Assembly (NCBI GenBank): GCA_963977015.1
Contig: CAXBMO010000030.1
Span: 16,387-80,386 of the forward strand
Direction: 5' to 3'
Length of the DNA: 64,000 nucleotides
From: an uncultured bacterium
GTDB taxonomy: Bacteria > Verrucomicrobiota > Verrucomicrobiia > Verrucomicrobiales > DEV007
Shown here: positions 27,739-37,331 of the stretch, one piece after another
Numbering within the stretch: position 1 is the first letter of the stretch
How the letters are laid out: every line of letters starts with the position of its first letter
Notes under the pieces: generated by a model
Database searches by the model: none
Seen by the model: the letters and a program-made list of their open reading frames with translations, nothing else
What the model was told of the DNA's origin: nothing
Program-made: the position numbers and the translations under genes

Positions 27739-29055
27739 ATGAACCCCTCTGCTTTTCTCAGTTTCGTCGTCGTCCTTTGCCTTGGCTCGGCCGCCCTGGC
27801 AAAGAATCCCGCGTTTGAGCCGGTGATCGACGATCCTGCGCTGCCGCGGGTTCTTCTCATTGGCGATTCCATTTCGATTGGCTACACCGTTGCAGTTCAG
27901 GAGTTGATGGCGGGAAAGGCCAATGTGCATCGCATCCCAACCAACGCAGGTCACACGGGCATGGGACTCGACGGACTGCCAAAGTGGTTCGAGAAAATGG
28001 GGCGGGATTGGGACGTCATCCATTTCAACTGGGGGCTTTGGGACCTTTGCTACCGCCACCCCGAAGCGAAGACTCAGGGCAAGCGCGATAAAGTGAATGG
28101 AACCCAGACGCACACCATTGAGCAATACGTCGCGAATTTGGACAACCTCGTCACGCAGCTCCAATCAACCGGCGCCAAATTGATCTTTGCGACCACAACG
28201 CCGGTTCCGGAGGGGGAATTCGGACGCAAAATTGGCGATGATCTTCGCTACAATGCCGCTGCCGTCGAATTGATGAACCGTCATGGAATCACGATCAATG
28301 ATCTCAATGCGGTAATGGCGGGAAAAATGAGCGAATTTGGGGTGAAGCCCGGCGACGTCCACTTCAAGCAGGAAGGCAGCCAACTGCTCGCTCAACACGT
28401 TGCCGAGCACCTTTTGAAGGCCTTGAGCGAGCCGATTACCCTCTACGACGGTAAGAATCTTGCCGCTTGGGAATTTGCGGAGAATGCCTGGGAGATTCTT
28501 GAGGATGGCTCCGTCGTTTGCCGGATGAAAGAGGGCGTCGACAAGAAGGGGAATCCCAGGACGATCGGGATGGGAGACATCTGGACGCGCCAAGAGTTCA
28601 GCGATTTTGATCTCACTCTCAGCTACAAACTTTCCGTGGGGGCGAACAGTGGGGTTTTCTATCGGGCGGACAAGAACAACCCGGTGCAGGGTGGGTTTGA
28701 GGTTCAACTGATGGACAACGAGGGATTTCAGAAAACCCACGGCGCCAGAGATGCCCGCAAACTGAATGGGTCGTTTTATGATGGCAAAGCCCCCTCTCAT
28801 GACCCATCGAACCCGCCCGGGGAGTGGAACCGGCTCCAGTTGACCTGCGAAGGCCCCAGAATTCGGATCGCGATCAATGGAGAACAAGTGATCGATGTCA
28901 ATGTCGACGATTGGGATACCGCCGGTCAAAATCCTGACGGCACGACCAACAAATTCAAAACCGCGTTCAAGGATCTCCCTCGTACCGGGCGCATCGGCCT
29001 TCAGAATCACGGACAGGTTGTCTGGTTCAAAGACATCGTGATCAGGTCTTTGTAG
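27739..29055 (+). CDS. Secreted SGNH/GDSL hydrolase fused to DUF1080
   Basis: VLLIGDSISIGY, HFNWGLWD, DVHF; DUF1080 motifs GANSGVFYR, FEVQLMD, GEWN, GRIGLQNHG...FKDI. Confidence 0.9.
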   Translation: MNPSAFLSFVVVLCLGSAALAKNPAFEPVIDDPALPRVLLIGDSISIGYTVAVQELMAGKANVHRIPTNAGHTGMGLDGLPKWFEKMGRDWDVIHFNWGLWDLCYRHPEAKTQGKRDKVNGTQTHTIEQYVANLDNLVTQLQSTGAKLIFATTTPVPEGEFGRKIGDDLRYNAAAVELMNRHGITINDLNAVMAGKMSEFGVKPGDVHFKQEGSQLLAQHVAEHLLKALSEPITLYDGKNLAAWEFAENAWEILEDGSVVCRMKEGVDKKGNPRTIGMGDIWTRQEFSDFDLTLSYKLSVGANSGVFYRADKNNPVQGGFEVQLMDNEGFQKTHGARDARKLNGSFYDGKAPSHDPSNPPGEWNRLQLTCEGPRIRIAINGEQVIDVNVDDWDTAGQNPDGTTNKFKTAFKDLPRTGRIGLQNHGQVVWFKDIVIRSL

Positions 29056-29122
29056 TCAATTTTCAATTCTCTCACGAACGATCCGCGTTCATTCTCGTCT
29101 CAAACTTATCAAATAGCGTTTC

Positions 29123-30937
29123 ATGGCAGGCAATCCGCATCATCAACCCAGAATTGATCAGGTTCCGATTCTGGTCGGCATTATTGGGCATCGCGACATT
29201 CCCGAAGCAGATCACCCGGAACTGGAGAAGAAGTTGCGCGCGGTCTTTGCCTCGCTCCGCAAAAGTTATCCCAATACCACGATCTATGCGCTGACCGCGC
29301 TGGCCGAAGGGGCGGATTCGATCGGTGCCCGGGCTGCCATCGCGGAAAAGGTGGCCATTATTGCGCCGCTTCCCATGGAGGCTGATTCCTATAAGCAGAC
29401 GTTCAGTTCAACACAGAAGGCGTCTGAACTGGATCATTTCATGAAGCACTCCATGTGCATGGTGATGCCGTCTCATAGTGGTGTTCCAGACTCGATGGAT
29501 CACCAGTTTGCCCGGGCCGGTGCCGCGGTGGTGCAGTATTCCCACATCGTTATTGCGCTTTGGAACGGGGAGGATTCCCACCTTGAAGCCGGGACGTCTT
29601 ATCTGATTCGCCATGCCATTGACGGGATACCCAAAGATATCGTCTACGATTTGGAAGGCGTTTATCCGTCGCCGTTGGATCCCATTGCCACGGCCATGGT
29701 TCGCCAACTTCCGGTCACTCGATCTTCAAATCCCGGCGTCTCGAAAGTTGGCAGCTTCAAAGATGCCGAGCCCGGAAAGTTTGAAGAGTTGGAATTTCGG
29801 GGAAGTAAGCCCAAGCTCCGCCTCACCCATTCGCAGAAGAAGATGTTCGATCATTTTGAAGCGTTCAATAAGGACATCTGCAAGTATCGGCCGAAGTCGG
29901 GAACCTGGGTTGACGCGGCCATTCTCGAAGCGAAAGGAAACTATCATCCGCTGGTTAAGGACGAGCGGATTACCCTTCCCAAAGGGTTGCAGCATCTTCG
30001 TGAGCGATTTGCGATGGCGGATTGCCTGGCCAGTCACTATCAGAAGCGGCGGCATTGGCGCATTACCCGCTACGTTGTCATTTTGGCCGCGTTGATCGCC
30101 TTCGTTCACCAGATCATCAGTTCCAATCTTCCCATCTCTCAATTGCTCAGCCCGCCTCCGGGGTGGGCTGATGGCATTCCAGGGAACGGCCTCTTCGATT
30201 ACGCAGAGAACTGGCCGTTTATTGGCTATGCCGTCCTCTTGGTCTTTGCCTACGGTGTCGTCTTTTATGCCCGGCTGAAGCGTTGGCAGGAGCGGTATCT
30301 GGACTACCGGACCATTGCCGAAGGGGCTCGAATTCAGTTCTACTGGCTCATCGCCGGGATACGCACGCCGGTCGTGAATTTCTTTCTCCGCAAGCAGCGT
30401 GACGAATTGGAGTGGATTCGGGGCGTGTTGAGAATGTGGTACCTTCGAGCCGTGGTGGATGGCGGGGTGATCACGGAAGCCAGTCCCGATCAGGCGGCGT
30501 TGATTGAGGATCACTGGATTCGTGATCAACGGCGATACAGCAATAAAACCGCGCTTCGCGCCAGCGTCATCGACGGCACCCTCAGCGTGCTGGCGATGCT
30601 CTTTCTGGGAGTGTTGGTCATTACCATGGTGACCAAGCCGTTTATTTCGAAAGACGATTTTGAGCACCTTTTGGTTCTCGGAACCGCAGCCGCAGGCGCG
30701 CTGGTGTTGATGGTTTCCTCGCTGCGCTATTTCCTCGGCTATCGCGAAATCCACAAATCCAACACGCGAATGATGGTTCTCTTCTCGGACGCAGATAAAT
30801 TCTACGACCCCACGGATGGCATTCAGGACGACGAACGCGCGATCCTTGAGGAACTTGGTCGCGAAGCGCTGACGGAAACCGGTGATTGGCTCCTCTCCAA
30901 CCGGAACCGGAAGGTCAATTTGCCCAAGGCCACATAA
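29123..30937 (+). CDS. SLOG-like nucleotide-binding domain fused to SLATT/DUF4231-like TM modules
   Basis: VGIIGHR, LAEGAD, APLPM, IALWNG...AGT; two 2-TM modules with ASHYQK and WQERYLDYRTIAEGAR; ELGREALTETGDW. Confidence 0.7.
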   Translation: MAGNPHHQPRIDQVPILVGIIGHRDIPEADHPELEKKLRAVFASLRKSYPNTTIYALTALAEGADSIGARAAIAEKVAIIAPLPMEADSYKQTFSSTQKASELDHFMKHSMCMVMPSHSGVPDSMDHQFARAGAAVVQYSHIVIALWNGEDSHLEAGTSYLIRHAIDGIPKDIVYDLEGVYPSPLDPIATAMVRQLPVTRSSNPGVSKVGSFKDAEPGKFEELEFRGSKPKLRLTHSQKKMFDHFEAFNKDICKYRPKSGTWVDAAILEAKGNYHPLVKDERITLPKGLQHLRERFAMADCLASHYQKRRHWRITRYVVILAALIAFVHQIISSNLPISQLLSPPPGWADGIPGNGLFDYAENWPFIGYAVLLVFAYGVVFYARLKRWQERYLDYRTIAEGARIQFYWLIAGIRTPVVNFFLRKQRDELEWIRGVLRMWYLRAVVDGGVITEASPDQAALIEDHWIRDQRRYSNKTALRASVIDGTLSVLAMLFLGVLVITMVTKPFISKDDFEHLLVLGTAAAGALVLMVSSLRYFLGYREIHKSNTRMMVLFSDADKFYDPTDGIQDDERAILEELGREALTETGDWLLSNRNRKVNLPKAT

Positions 30938-30939
30938 AA

Positions 30940-32331
30940 TTAGTGGTCAGTGGCCGATTTCGGCATCGTCGTTTCGACGACCGCAGCTCCGATTGAATCT
31001 CCAAACACATTGGTAGCCGTTCGGAAGCGATCCAAGAACCAGTCAACCGGTAGGATCAGCGCGATATACTCGGTGGGCAGATCAACCGCGCGCAAGACGA
31101 TGAGCATGGTAATGAGTCCGGCCTCCGGGATCCCGGCCGCTCCAATCGCGGCGAGGGTTGCGGTGATTGCAACAATGAGTTGCTGACCGAACCCCAGATC
31201 CTGGCCAATGGCCTGGGCAATGAACAGAACGGCGGCTGCTTCGTAGAGCGCGGTGCCATCCATGTTGATCGTGGCTCCGAGAGGAAGCACAAACTCGGTC
31301 GATTCCCGCGAAACTTTCGCCTTCTCAATCGCGGACTCCATCGTGATGGGCAGGGTGGCCGAGGAGCTGGCCGTGGAAAACGCGGTGAGCAACGCCTGGC
31401 TCATCTGGAGCATGAACCGATAAGGATTGCGTTTGGTCACGAACCAGAGGATGAGCGGCAGGGTTACGAGAAAGTGGAACCCGAGTCCAAGGATGACCGT
31501 TCCGACAAAGCGACCGATCTGCGAAAGTTGCTCCACGAACTCGCCCTTGTGTTCGGCCTCTCCGAATCGTGCTGCAACGAGGCAAAAAATTCCGACCGGC
31601 GCCAGCTTCATCAGCAGAAGAATCACCTTCATCAGGGCGGTGTTGCTCTGCTCAATCAGCTCCTTCAGACCATCGACTTGTTTGCCCATCGTCGTGAGCA
31701 CGCTGGCAAACACGATCGAAAAGACAATGAGCGGCAGCAGCTCCATGTCCATCGCGGCTTTGAAGAGGTTGTCCGTTACCAGCATCAGAAACAGGTTCTC
31801 AATAATGTCCCCAATGTTCTGATCCCGAGCTTCTCCCGGAGGAAGGCCGCCCAGCACCGATCCCACTTCCTCCATCGTCAGGCCGGTTTCGTTGGCGATG
31901 CTTTTTGCGACTTTGTAACGAGGCGATTCCTCGTCGACCGTGCCCCGCCCAATCTCGGCGACTTTCTCCGGGTCAACGGATCCGCCCGGTTGCATGATGT
32001 TTACGACGACCAGTCCGACGAGCACCGCCAACACCGTGGTGCAAAGGTAGTAGCCGATCGCGGTTCCTCCCGGTTTCCCCAGTTTGCGAACGTCGCCCAT
32101 CCCGAAAATGCCGCTCATTACGGACGTCACTACCAGGGGCACCACCAGCATTTTCAACAGGTTGAGGAAAACCTCGCCACCAACGTGAAACTTCATCGCG
32201 GCTTCCGGAGCCTTCAGCGCGACGACTACGGCAAGAAGCAGCGCAATCAGAATCCAGAGCGTCAAGTTGCGATGGCCACCCTTGCGGATGAACTCTGCAA
32301 ACCATTTGAGAACGATGTTAGGGCCAGCCAT
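30940..32331 (-). CDS. Dicarboxylate/amino acid:cation symporter (DAACS family)
   Basis: FLNLLKMLVVPL, AFSTASSSATLP, LPLGATINMDGTALY, DRFRTATNVFGD. Confidence 0.95.
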   Translation of the reverse strand: MAGPNIVLKWFAEFIRKGGHRNLTLWILIALLLAVVVALKAPEAAMKFHVGGEVFLNLLKMLVVPLVVTSVMSGIFGMGDVRKLGKPGGTAIGYYLCTTVLAVLVGLVVVNIMQPGGSVDPEKVAEIGRGTVDEESPRYKVAKSIANETGLTMEEVGSVLGGLPPGEARDQNIGDIIENLFLMLVTDNLFKAAMDMELLPLIVFSIVFASVLTTMGKQVDGLKELIEQSNTALMKVILLLMKLAPVGIFCLVAARFGEAEHKGEFVEQLSQIGRFVGTVILGLGFHFLVTLPLILWFVTKRNPYRFMLQMSQALLTAFSTASSSATLPITMESAIEKAKVSRESTEFVLPLGATINMDGTALYEAAAVLFIAQAIGQDLGFGQQLIVAITATLAAIGAAGIPEAGLITMLIVLRAVDLPTEYIALILPVDWFLDRFRTATNVFGDSIGAAVVETTMPKSATDH

Positions 32332-32421
32332 GGCCGGATTATGGGCGGGATCGCGGGAGAGTCGACCGAAAAATTGCGTCGTCACCGTTGCGATTTCGCA
32401 ATCCTTGTGCTCGTTGAGGCG

Positions 32422-33165
32422 GTGGCCCGCTACTTGCTCATCAACAACAACAATTCGCGGACGAAGTTTGCGCTCGCGGAAGCAGGCCAACTTCTCGCGG
32501 AGCGCGACTGGATCGAAACCCGGCGGCTGGATCATGCCGCCCTGGCGGAATTCGCCCGGCGTTGGGACGTTGAAAACGTCGTCCTCGCCTCAGTCGTTCC
32601 GGAAAAAGCGCGCGTCGTAAAGGAGCACTTTGGCGACATCGTGTTCGAGATTCGGCACGATGTTGAACTCGGTGTCGCTCTGGACTTTCCCGATCCCTCC
32701 ACGATTGGGGCGGACCGGCTCGCCAACGCCTCCGGGATGGTTGCGCTGTATGGCGAATTTCCGGCCATCGTCGTCGATTTCGGCACTGCGGTGACGTTCG
32801 ACATCCTATCCAGGGAGCAAGCCTATATCGGTGGCATTATCGCCCCCGGTTTGGACGTGATGACGAGCTACATGCATGAGCGAACCGCCTTGTTGCCGAA
32901 GATCGAAATTGAAGAACCCAGCGAGCTGATCGGCAAATCGACCCGCAGCGCGATGCTCTCCGGAGCCGTACATGGATATCGCGGGCTGATCCGCGAGATT
33001 CTCGAGCAATTGAGAGCGGAATTGGCCCCGGAATCCGGTTGGGTCAAAACCGTTGCCACCGGCGGCTACGCAGAGTTGATCTCCACCAAAATTGAGTCTA
33101 TCGATGCCGTCCTTCCCGACCTCACGCTCGAAGGAATGCGCGTGATCGCGAATTTGAACATCTAA
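32422..33165 (+). CDS. coaX: Type III pantothenate kinase
   Basis: ASVVP, IGADRLAN, VVDFGTAVTFD, GGIIAPG, TALLP, ATGG, PDLTLEG; GTG start at 32422. Confidence 0.92.
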   Translation: MARYLLINNNNSRTKFALAEAGQLLAERDWIETRRLDHAALAEFARRWDVENVVLASVVPEKARVVKEHFGDIVFEIRHDVELGVALDFPDPSTIGADRLANASGMVALYGEFPAIVVDFGTAVTFDILSREQAYIGGIIAPGLDVMTSYMHERTALLPKIEIEEPSELIGKSTRSAMLSGAVHGYRGLIREILEQLRAELAPESGWVKTVATGGYAELISTKIESIDAVLPDLTLEGMRVIANLNI

Positions 33166-33168
33166 CTT

Positions 33169-34113
33169 ATGAACAGCCCTCTCACCATTGGCATGGACTT
33201 CGGCGGTACCACCGTAAAACTTGGCGTCTGCCAAGGCGAAGATCTCATCGAAGTCTGCGAGCCGATTCCCACCGACCGTTACCCCGGAGTTGATCCATTG
33301 GTCGAGGCCATGGTGAGGGATATCGACAAACTTCGCGAGAAACACGATGTCGTCGCGATCGGCGCCGGCGTCCCTGGCTTTGTCGACTTTGAAGCCGGCT
33401 TCATCTACAACCTCACCAACGTTCCCGGCTGGCACGACGTTCCCCTCAAGCACATCCTTCATCAGCGGACCAATCTCCCCGTCGTCGTGGAAAACGACGC
33501 CAACGCCATGGCCTATGCGGAATGGAAATGCGGCGCCGCCAAGGGGCTTACCAACGTCGTCTGCATCACCCTCGGCACCGGAGTAGGAGGCGGACTCATT
33601 TTGGACGGCAAACCCTTCCGCGGAAGCTCGTTCGGAGCTGGAGAGATCGGCCAGATGAGCATCGACGCCAACGGCCGGGCCGGAAACTACGGCAACCTCG
33701 GCGCGCTCGAGAAATACATCGGCAATCAGCAAATCGAAGACCTCGCCCGCAAGCGCTACGCCAACGTCGGGGAAGATGCCCGGCCTGATGACTGCACCCC
33801 ACGTCACATCGCCGAAGCCGCAGCGAACGGAGACGACATCGCGCGCCAGATTTGGGGCGAAATCGGTGGCTGGCTCGGCTGCGCCCTCACCAGCATTACC
33901 TGGATCCTCAACCCCGATGCCATCGTCATTGGCGGAGGCATCGCCAAAGCCGGCAACCTCCTCTTCGATCCCCTCAAGCGGCAAATGCAATGCCAACTCA
34001 ACCCCGTTTTCTGGGAGAACATCCAAATCCTCCGCGCCAAATTCGGGAACGAAGCCGGCATGATCGGAGCCGCCGCCCTCGCCGCAGAGGAAGCGCAAAA
34101 AATGGAAGTGTAG
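33169..34113 (+). CDS. ROK family sugar kinase (probable glucokinase)
   Basis: GMDFGGT, GAGVPG, ENDANA, TLGTGVGGG, GAGEIG, AGMIGAA. Confidence 0.92.
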   Translation: MNSPLTIGMDFGGTTVKLGVCQGEDLIEVCEPIPTDRYPGVDPLVEAMVRDIDKLREKHDVVAIGAGVPGFVDFEAGFIYNLTNVPGWHDVPLKHILHQRTNLPVVVENDANAMAYAEWKCGAAKGLTNVVCITLGTGVGGGLILDGKPFRGSSFGAGEIGQMSIDANGRAGNYGNLGALEKYIGNQQIEDLARKRYANVGEDARPDDCTPRHIAEAAANGDDIARQIWGEIGGWLGCALTSITWILNPDAIVIGGGIAKAGNLLFDPLKRQMQCQLNPVFWENIQILRAKFGNEAGMIGAAALAAEEAQKMEV

Positions 34114-34133
34114 GTGTTGTGTCTTGCGAGGCT

Positions 34134-34199
34134 GCTGAAAACGTATTGCGGAGATTTCTCCGCAAGGTTCCGGACAAATGTCCGGAATACGGTTTCAGC
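34134..34199. repeat. Intergenic double-hairpin palindrome closed by terminal inverted repeats
   Basis: GCTGAAAACGTATT...AATACGGTTTCAGC enclosing TTGCGGAGATTTCTCCGCAA and TTCCGGACAAATGTCCGGAA. Confidence 0.75.
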
Positions 34200-34268
34200 C
34201 ACGACGGAGGGCCGCTCTCCAGGTTTCATCATTTGGCCTCCTCGTGACTTTCTGCTAGGGGTGTCCTT

Positions 34269-35459
34269 ATGGAACGCCGTCATTTTCTTCGAACCACCAC
34301 TGCTGCAACCTTGGCTGCACCTGCTCTTCTTCGAGCGGCGGATGAATTGCCTTCGAAACTTCGCGTGGGGGTGATTGGGCACACGGGCCGCGGGAGTTTC
34401 GGGCATGGGTTGGATACGGTGTGGACGAAGGTGGAGGAGACGGAGATCGTGGCGGTGGCGGATGCGGATGCAGCCGGGCTGGAAAAGGCGAAGGGGCGAT
34501 TGAACTTGGATTCCGGTTTCGCGGACTACCGAACGATGCTCGCCGAAGTTCGGCCGGAGATCGTGGCGGTTTGCCCACGTCATGCAGATCAGCATCATGA
34601 GATGGCGTTGGCGGCGATCGAGGCGGGGGCGAAGGGTGTTTACATCGAGAAGCCGTTTGTCCGCACTCCGGCGGAGGCGGATGCGATCGTGGCGGCCTGC
34701 CTGTCGAGCGGTGCGAAACTGGCGGTGGCGCATCGCAATCGGTATCACCCGACGTTGAAGGCGATCGATGCGTTGATCGAAGCAGGGAAGATCGGGAAGG
34801 TGCTGGAAATTCGCGCTCGCGGAAAAGGGGATGCGCGCGGCGGGGCGCAGGATTTGTGGGTGCTGGGATCGCACAGCTTGAATTTGGTTCACTATTTCGG
34901 GGGCGCTCCGAGGTCGTGTTCGGCGGTGTTGAAGAAGGATGGCAAGCCGGTGACGAAGGCGGACGTGGTCGAGGGCGCGGAGGGGCTCGGGTTGCTTGCC
35001 GGCAATGAACTGCACGCGCGTTTTGAGCTGGAGAGTGGCCTAACGGCTTACTTTGATTCGATCGCGAATGATGGGACGAAGAGCGCGGGGTTCGGCCTCC
35101 AGATCATTGGGAGCGAGGGGCTTCTGAACCTTCAATGTGACAAGACGATTCTGGCTCACCTGGCGCCGGGCAACCCGTTCCAGCCGACGAAAGGGGCGCG
35201 TCCCTGGATTCCGGTGTTTTCAGATGGGTTGACGGAGGCGGAGCCGAATTTGGAGCTGATTCACGAGGCGCAACATCATGTGGCGGCGGTGCGGGATCTG
35301 GTGGCGGCGATTCGCGAGGATCGCGAGCCGTTGTGCTCGGCGGCTGACGGGGCGCTAACGGTTGAGATGATCTGCGCAACGTTTGAGTCGCACCGGCAGG
35401 GGGGCAGGGCGGTCGCGTTTCCACTCCAGCAGCGGGAGAATGCGTTGAGTCTGCTTTGA
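34269..35459 (+). CDS. Tat-exported Gfo/Idh/MocA oxidoreductase
   Basis: RRHFL Tat motif, VGVIGHTG, YIEKP, DLWVLGSH. Confidence 0.92.
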   Translation: MERRHFLRTTTAATLAAPALLRAADELPSKLRVGVIGHTGRGSFGHGLDTVWTKVEETEIVAVADADAAGLEKAKGRLNLDSGFADYRTMLAEVRPEIVAVCPRHADQHHEMALAAIEAGAKGVYIEKPFVRTPAEADAIVAACLSSGAKLAVAHRNRYHPTLKAIDALIEAGKIGKVLEIRARGKGDARGGAQDLWVLGSHSLNLVHYFGGAPRSCSAVLKKDGKPVTKADVVEGAEGLGLLAGNELHARFELESGLTAYFDSIANDGTKSAGFGLQIIGSEGLLNLQCDKTILAHLAPGNPFQPTKGARPWIPVFSDGLTEAEPNLELIHEAQHHVAAVRDLVAAIREDREPLCSAADGALTVEMICATFESHRQGGRAVAFPLQQRENALSLL

Positions 35460-35510
35460 GCTCGGGTCTCCCACTTGCAACGCGACGCGGGTCGCTTTAA
35501 GAGTCCCCGC

Positions 35511-36122
35511 ATGAACGACACCTACGAGCGTCTCGAGTTTGTGCCGCGCGATGGTGACTACTTCGCGGAGGCCGCGCCGTCCGATATTTTTGAGCGCGAT
35601 GCGCCTCTGGAGTTGGATTTGGGGTGTGGCGATGGCGGGTTTTTGATGGCGATGGCGGCGGAGTTTCCGGATCGCAATTTCATCGGCGTGGAGCGTTTGC
35701 TCGGCCGGGTTCGCGCCGTGTGCCGAAAGGCGGATCGACGTGGGTTGGAGAATCTGCGCGTGTTGCGGCTCGATAGCGCCTACGCCGCGGGTTGGCTCTT
35801 TCCCAAGAATGCGTTTTCGCGGATTCACCTCCTGTTTCCCGATCCCTGGCCGAAGAAGAAGCATCAAAAACGGCGCATCGTCACTCCCGAGTTTGTGGCC
35901 GCGATTCATGCGTTGTTGGAGCCCGGCGGCGAGTTTCTCTTCAAGACCGATCACGAAGAATATTTTGAGCAGGCGAGTGAGGTGATCCGGGCTTTCGAAC
36001 CGATGGAGGAAGTTCCGTGGCCGGCAGACGCCTTTTTTTATGCGGAGACGGACTTTGAGCGTCAGTGGAAGGAGGAAGGGAAACGGATTCAGGGCGTCCG
36101 GGTGCGGAAGCCGGAGGCATAA
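35511..36122 (+). CDS. trmB: tRNA (guanine-N7)-methyltransferase
   Basis: LDLGCGDG, FIGVE, FPDPWPKKKHQKRR, FKTDHEEY, TDFE. Confidence 0.95.
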   Translation: MNDTYERLEFVPRDGDYFAEAAPSDIFERDAPLELDLGCGDGGFLMAMAAEFPDRNFIGVERLLGRVRAVCRKADRRGLENLRVLRLDSAYAAGWLFPKNAFSRIHLLFPDPWPKKKHQKRRIVTPEFVAAIHALLEPGGEFLFKTDHEEYFEQASEVIRAFEPMEEVPWPADAFFYAETDFERQWKEEGKRIQGVRVRKPEA

Positions 36123-36148
36123 GGCGGATTTGTGACCGAGACTATGCG

Positions 36149-36176
36149 TTGACCACCCTAGCAACTTCACTATAGT
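36149..36176 (+). promoter_or_regulatory. Sigma70 promoter of the peroxiredoxin gene
   Basis: TTGACC, 16-nt spacer, TATAGT. Confidence 0.65.
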
Positions 36177-36219
36177 CGCGCACGTTACATCAACCCTAAT
36201 TTTTTAAACAACTACGACC

Positions 36220-36714
36220 ATGGCATTAGCAATTGGAACCAAAGCCCCTGATTTCACCCTGACCACGCTTGGCGAAAGCGGCCCGGAACTCTGGACCCTC
36301 AGCGAGAAGGTTGGCGAGAAGAACCTGCTGCTCCTCTTTGTGCCCATGGCATTTACCGGCGGTTGCACCAAGGAATTCTGTGAGATCACCAGCACGATGA
36401 ACGAGTACACGGATCTGAACGCGACCGTGGTCGGCATTTCCGGGGACAATCCCTTCGCGCAGGCGGCCTGGGCCGAAAAAGAAGGCATCAAAATGACGCT
36501 TCTCGCTGATTATGAGCACGAAGTGACTTCTGCGTTCGATGTAAAATACGACACCTTCCTCCCTGCGAAGAATTTGACGATGGGTGGCGTTTCCAAGCGT
36601 TCCGCGTTCATCATCGACAAGGAAGGCGTGGTTCAGTATGCGGAAAGCAACGACGATCCAGGCCAGATGCCCGATTTCGCGGCAATCAAAGCCAAATTGG
36701 CTGAATTGGGCTAG
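36220..36714 (+). CDS. Peroxiredoxin (AhpC/TSA family)
   Basis: APDFTL, FVPMAFTGGCTKEFC (PxxxTxxC), RSAFIIDKEG. Confidence 0.92.
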   Translation: MALAIGTKAPDFTLTTLGESGPELWTLSEKVGEKNLLLLFVPMAFTGGCTKEFCEITSTMNEYTDLNATVVGISGDNPFAQAAWAEKEGIKMTLLADYEHEVTSAFDVKYDTFLPAKNLTMGGVSKRSAFIIDKEGVVQYAESNDDPGQMPDFAAIKAKLAELG

Positions 36715-36747
36715 GCTGCAGACCCTCAGATCTTCTCACAACTCCAG

Positions 36748-37233
36748 ATGAACTGGCGAAGCACGTTAGGCGTGGCCTTCTTCGGGTGCCTTGCGCTCGT
36801 TGGTTGCCGTTCGGATCAGCCGGGCCCTTTGACGTGGGAGGTGGATTCTCCCGCGGCGCTTGAACTGACGGAACTCAATCGCAGGCTGACTGAGGCTTAC
36901 GAAAACGAGGACATCGCCGCGTTGCGGGGGTTTCTGGCGGATGATCACGTTCACAACAACGTATTTGGCTTTGCCATGGGGAAAGACCAGTTTCTGAGCG
37001 ACATCGAGTCGGGAACGCTGGAATTTCTCTCCTATGAGACCCCGGAAATCCGCTGGCATCTTCAGGATGACGTCGCCATCGCGACGGGATTGATTCATGC
37101 CAAGGCCGAGCGAGGCGGGAAGGCGGTGCCTGCCGAGAAGTTCCGGTTTACGCGGATCTTCGTTCGGCGGGAAGGGGAGTGGAAGGTGCTTCTCTTCCAC
37201 AACACGATGGATGGAAAGCCTCCGGGAGCTTAG
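36748..37233 (+). CDS. NTF2-like (DUF4440) lipoprotein
   Basis: Lipobox LVGC; LADDHV, FRFTRIFVRREGEWKV. Confidence 0.85.
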   Translation: MNWRSTLGVAFFGCLALVGCRSDQPGPLTWEVDSPAALELTELNRRLTEAYENEDIAALRGFLADDHVHNNVFGFAMGKDQFLSDIESGTLEFLSYETPEIRWHLQDDVAIATGLIHAKAERGGKAVPAEKFRFTRIFVRREGEWKVLLFHNTMDGKPPGA

Positions 37234-37300
37234 GTTTCTTGGGAAGGTAATTGGTTGTCTTTTCGTGGGCTTGGTTCCCTCAAACTTCGTAAGTTACAAA

Positions 37301-37320
37301 CAGACTAGTCAGTCTATAAT
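37301..37320 (+). promoter_or_regulatory. TetR operator 1 overlapping a -10 TATAAT
   Basis: CAGAC-TAGTCA-GTCTA (37301-37316) overlaps TATAAT (37315-37320) directly upstream of the tetR start. Confidence 0.7.
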
Positions 37321-37331
37321 GCTATATCATC

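Noticed and set aside
31180-32421. Apparent 414-aa N-terminal extension of CoaX
   Set aside because: Antisense shadow of the symporter; CoaX homology starts at GTG 32422
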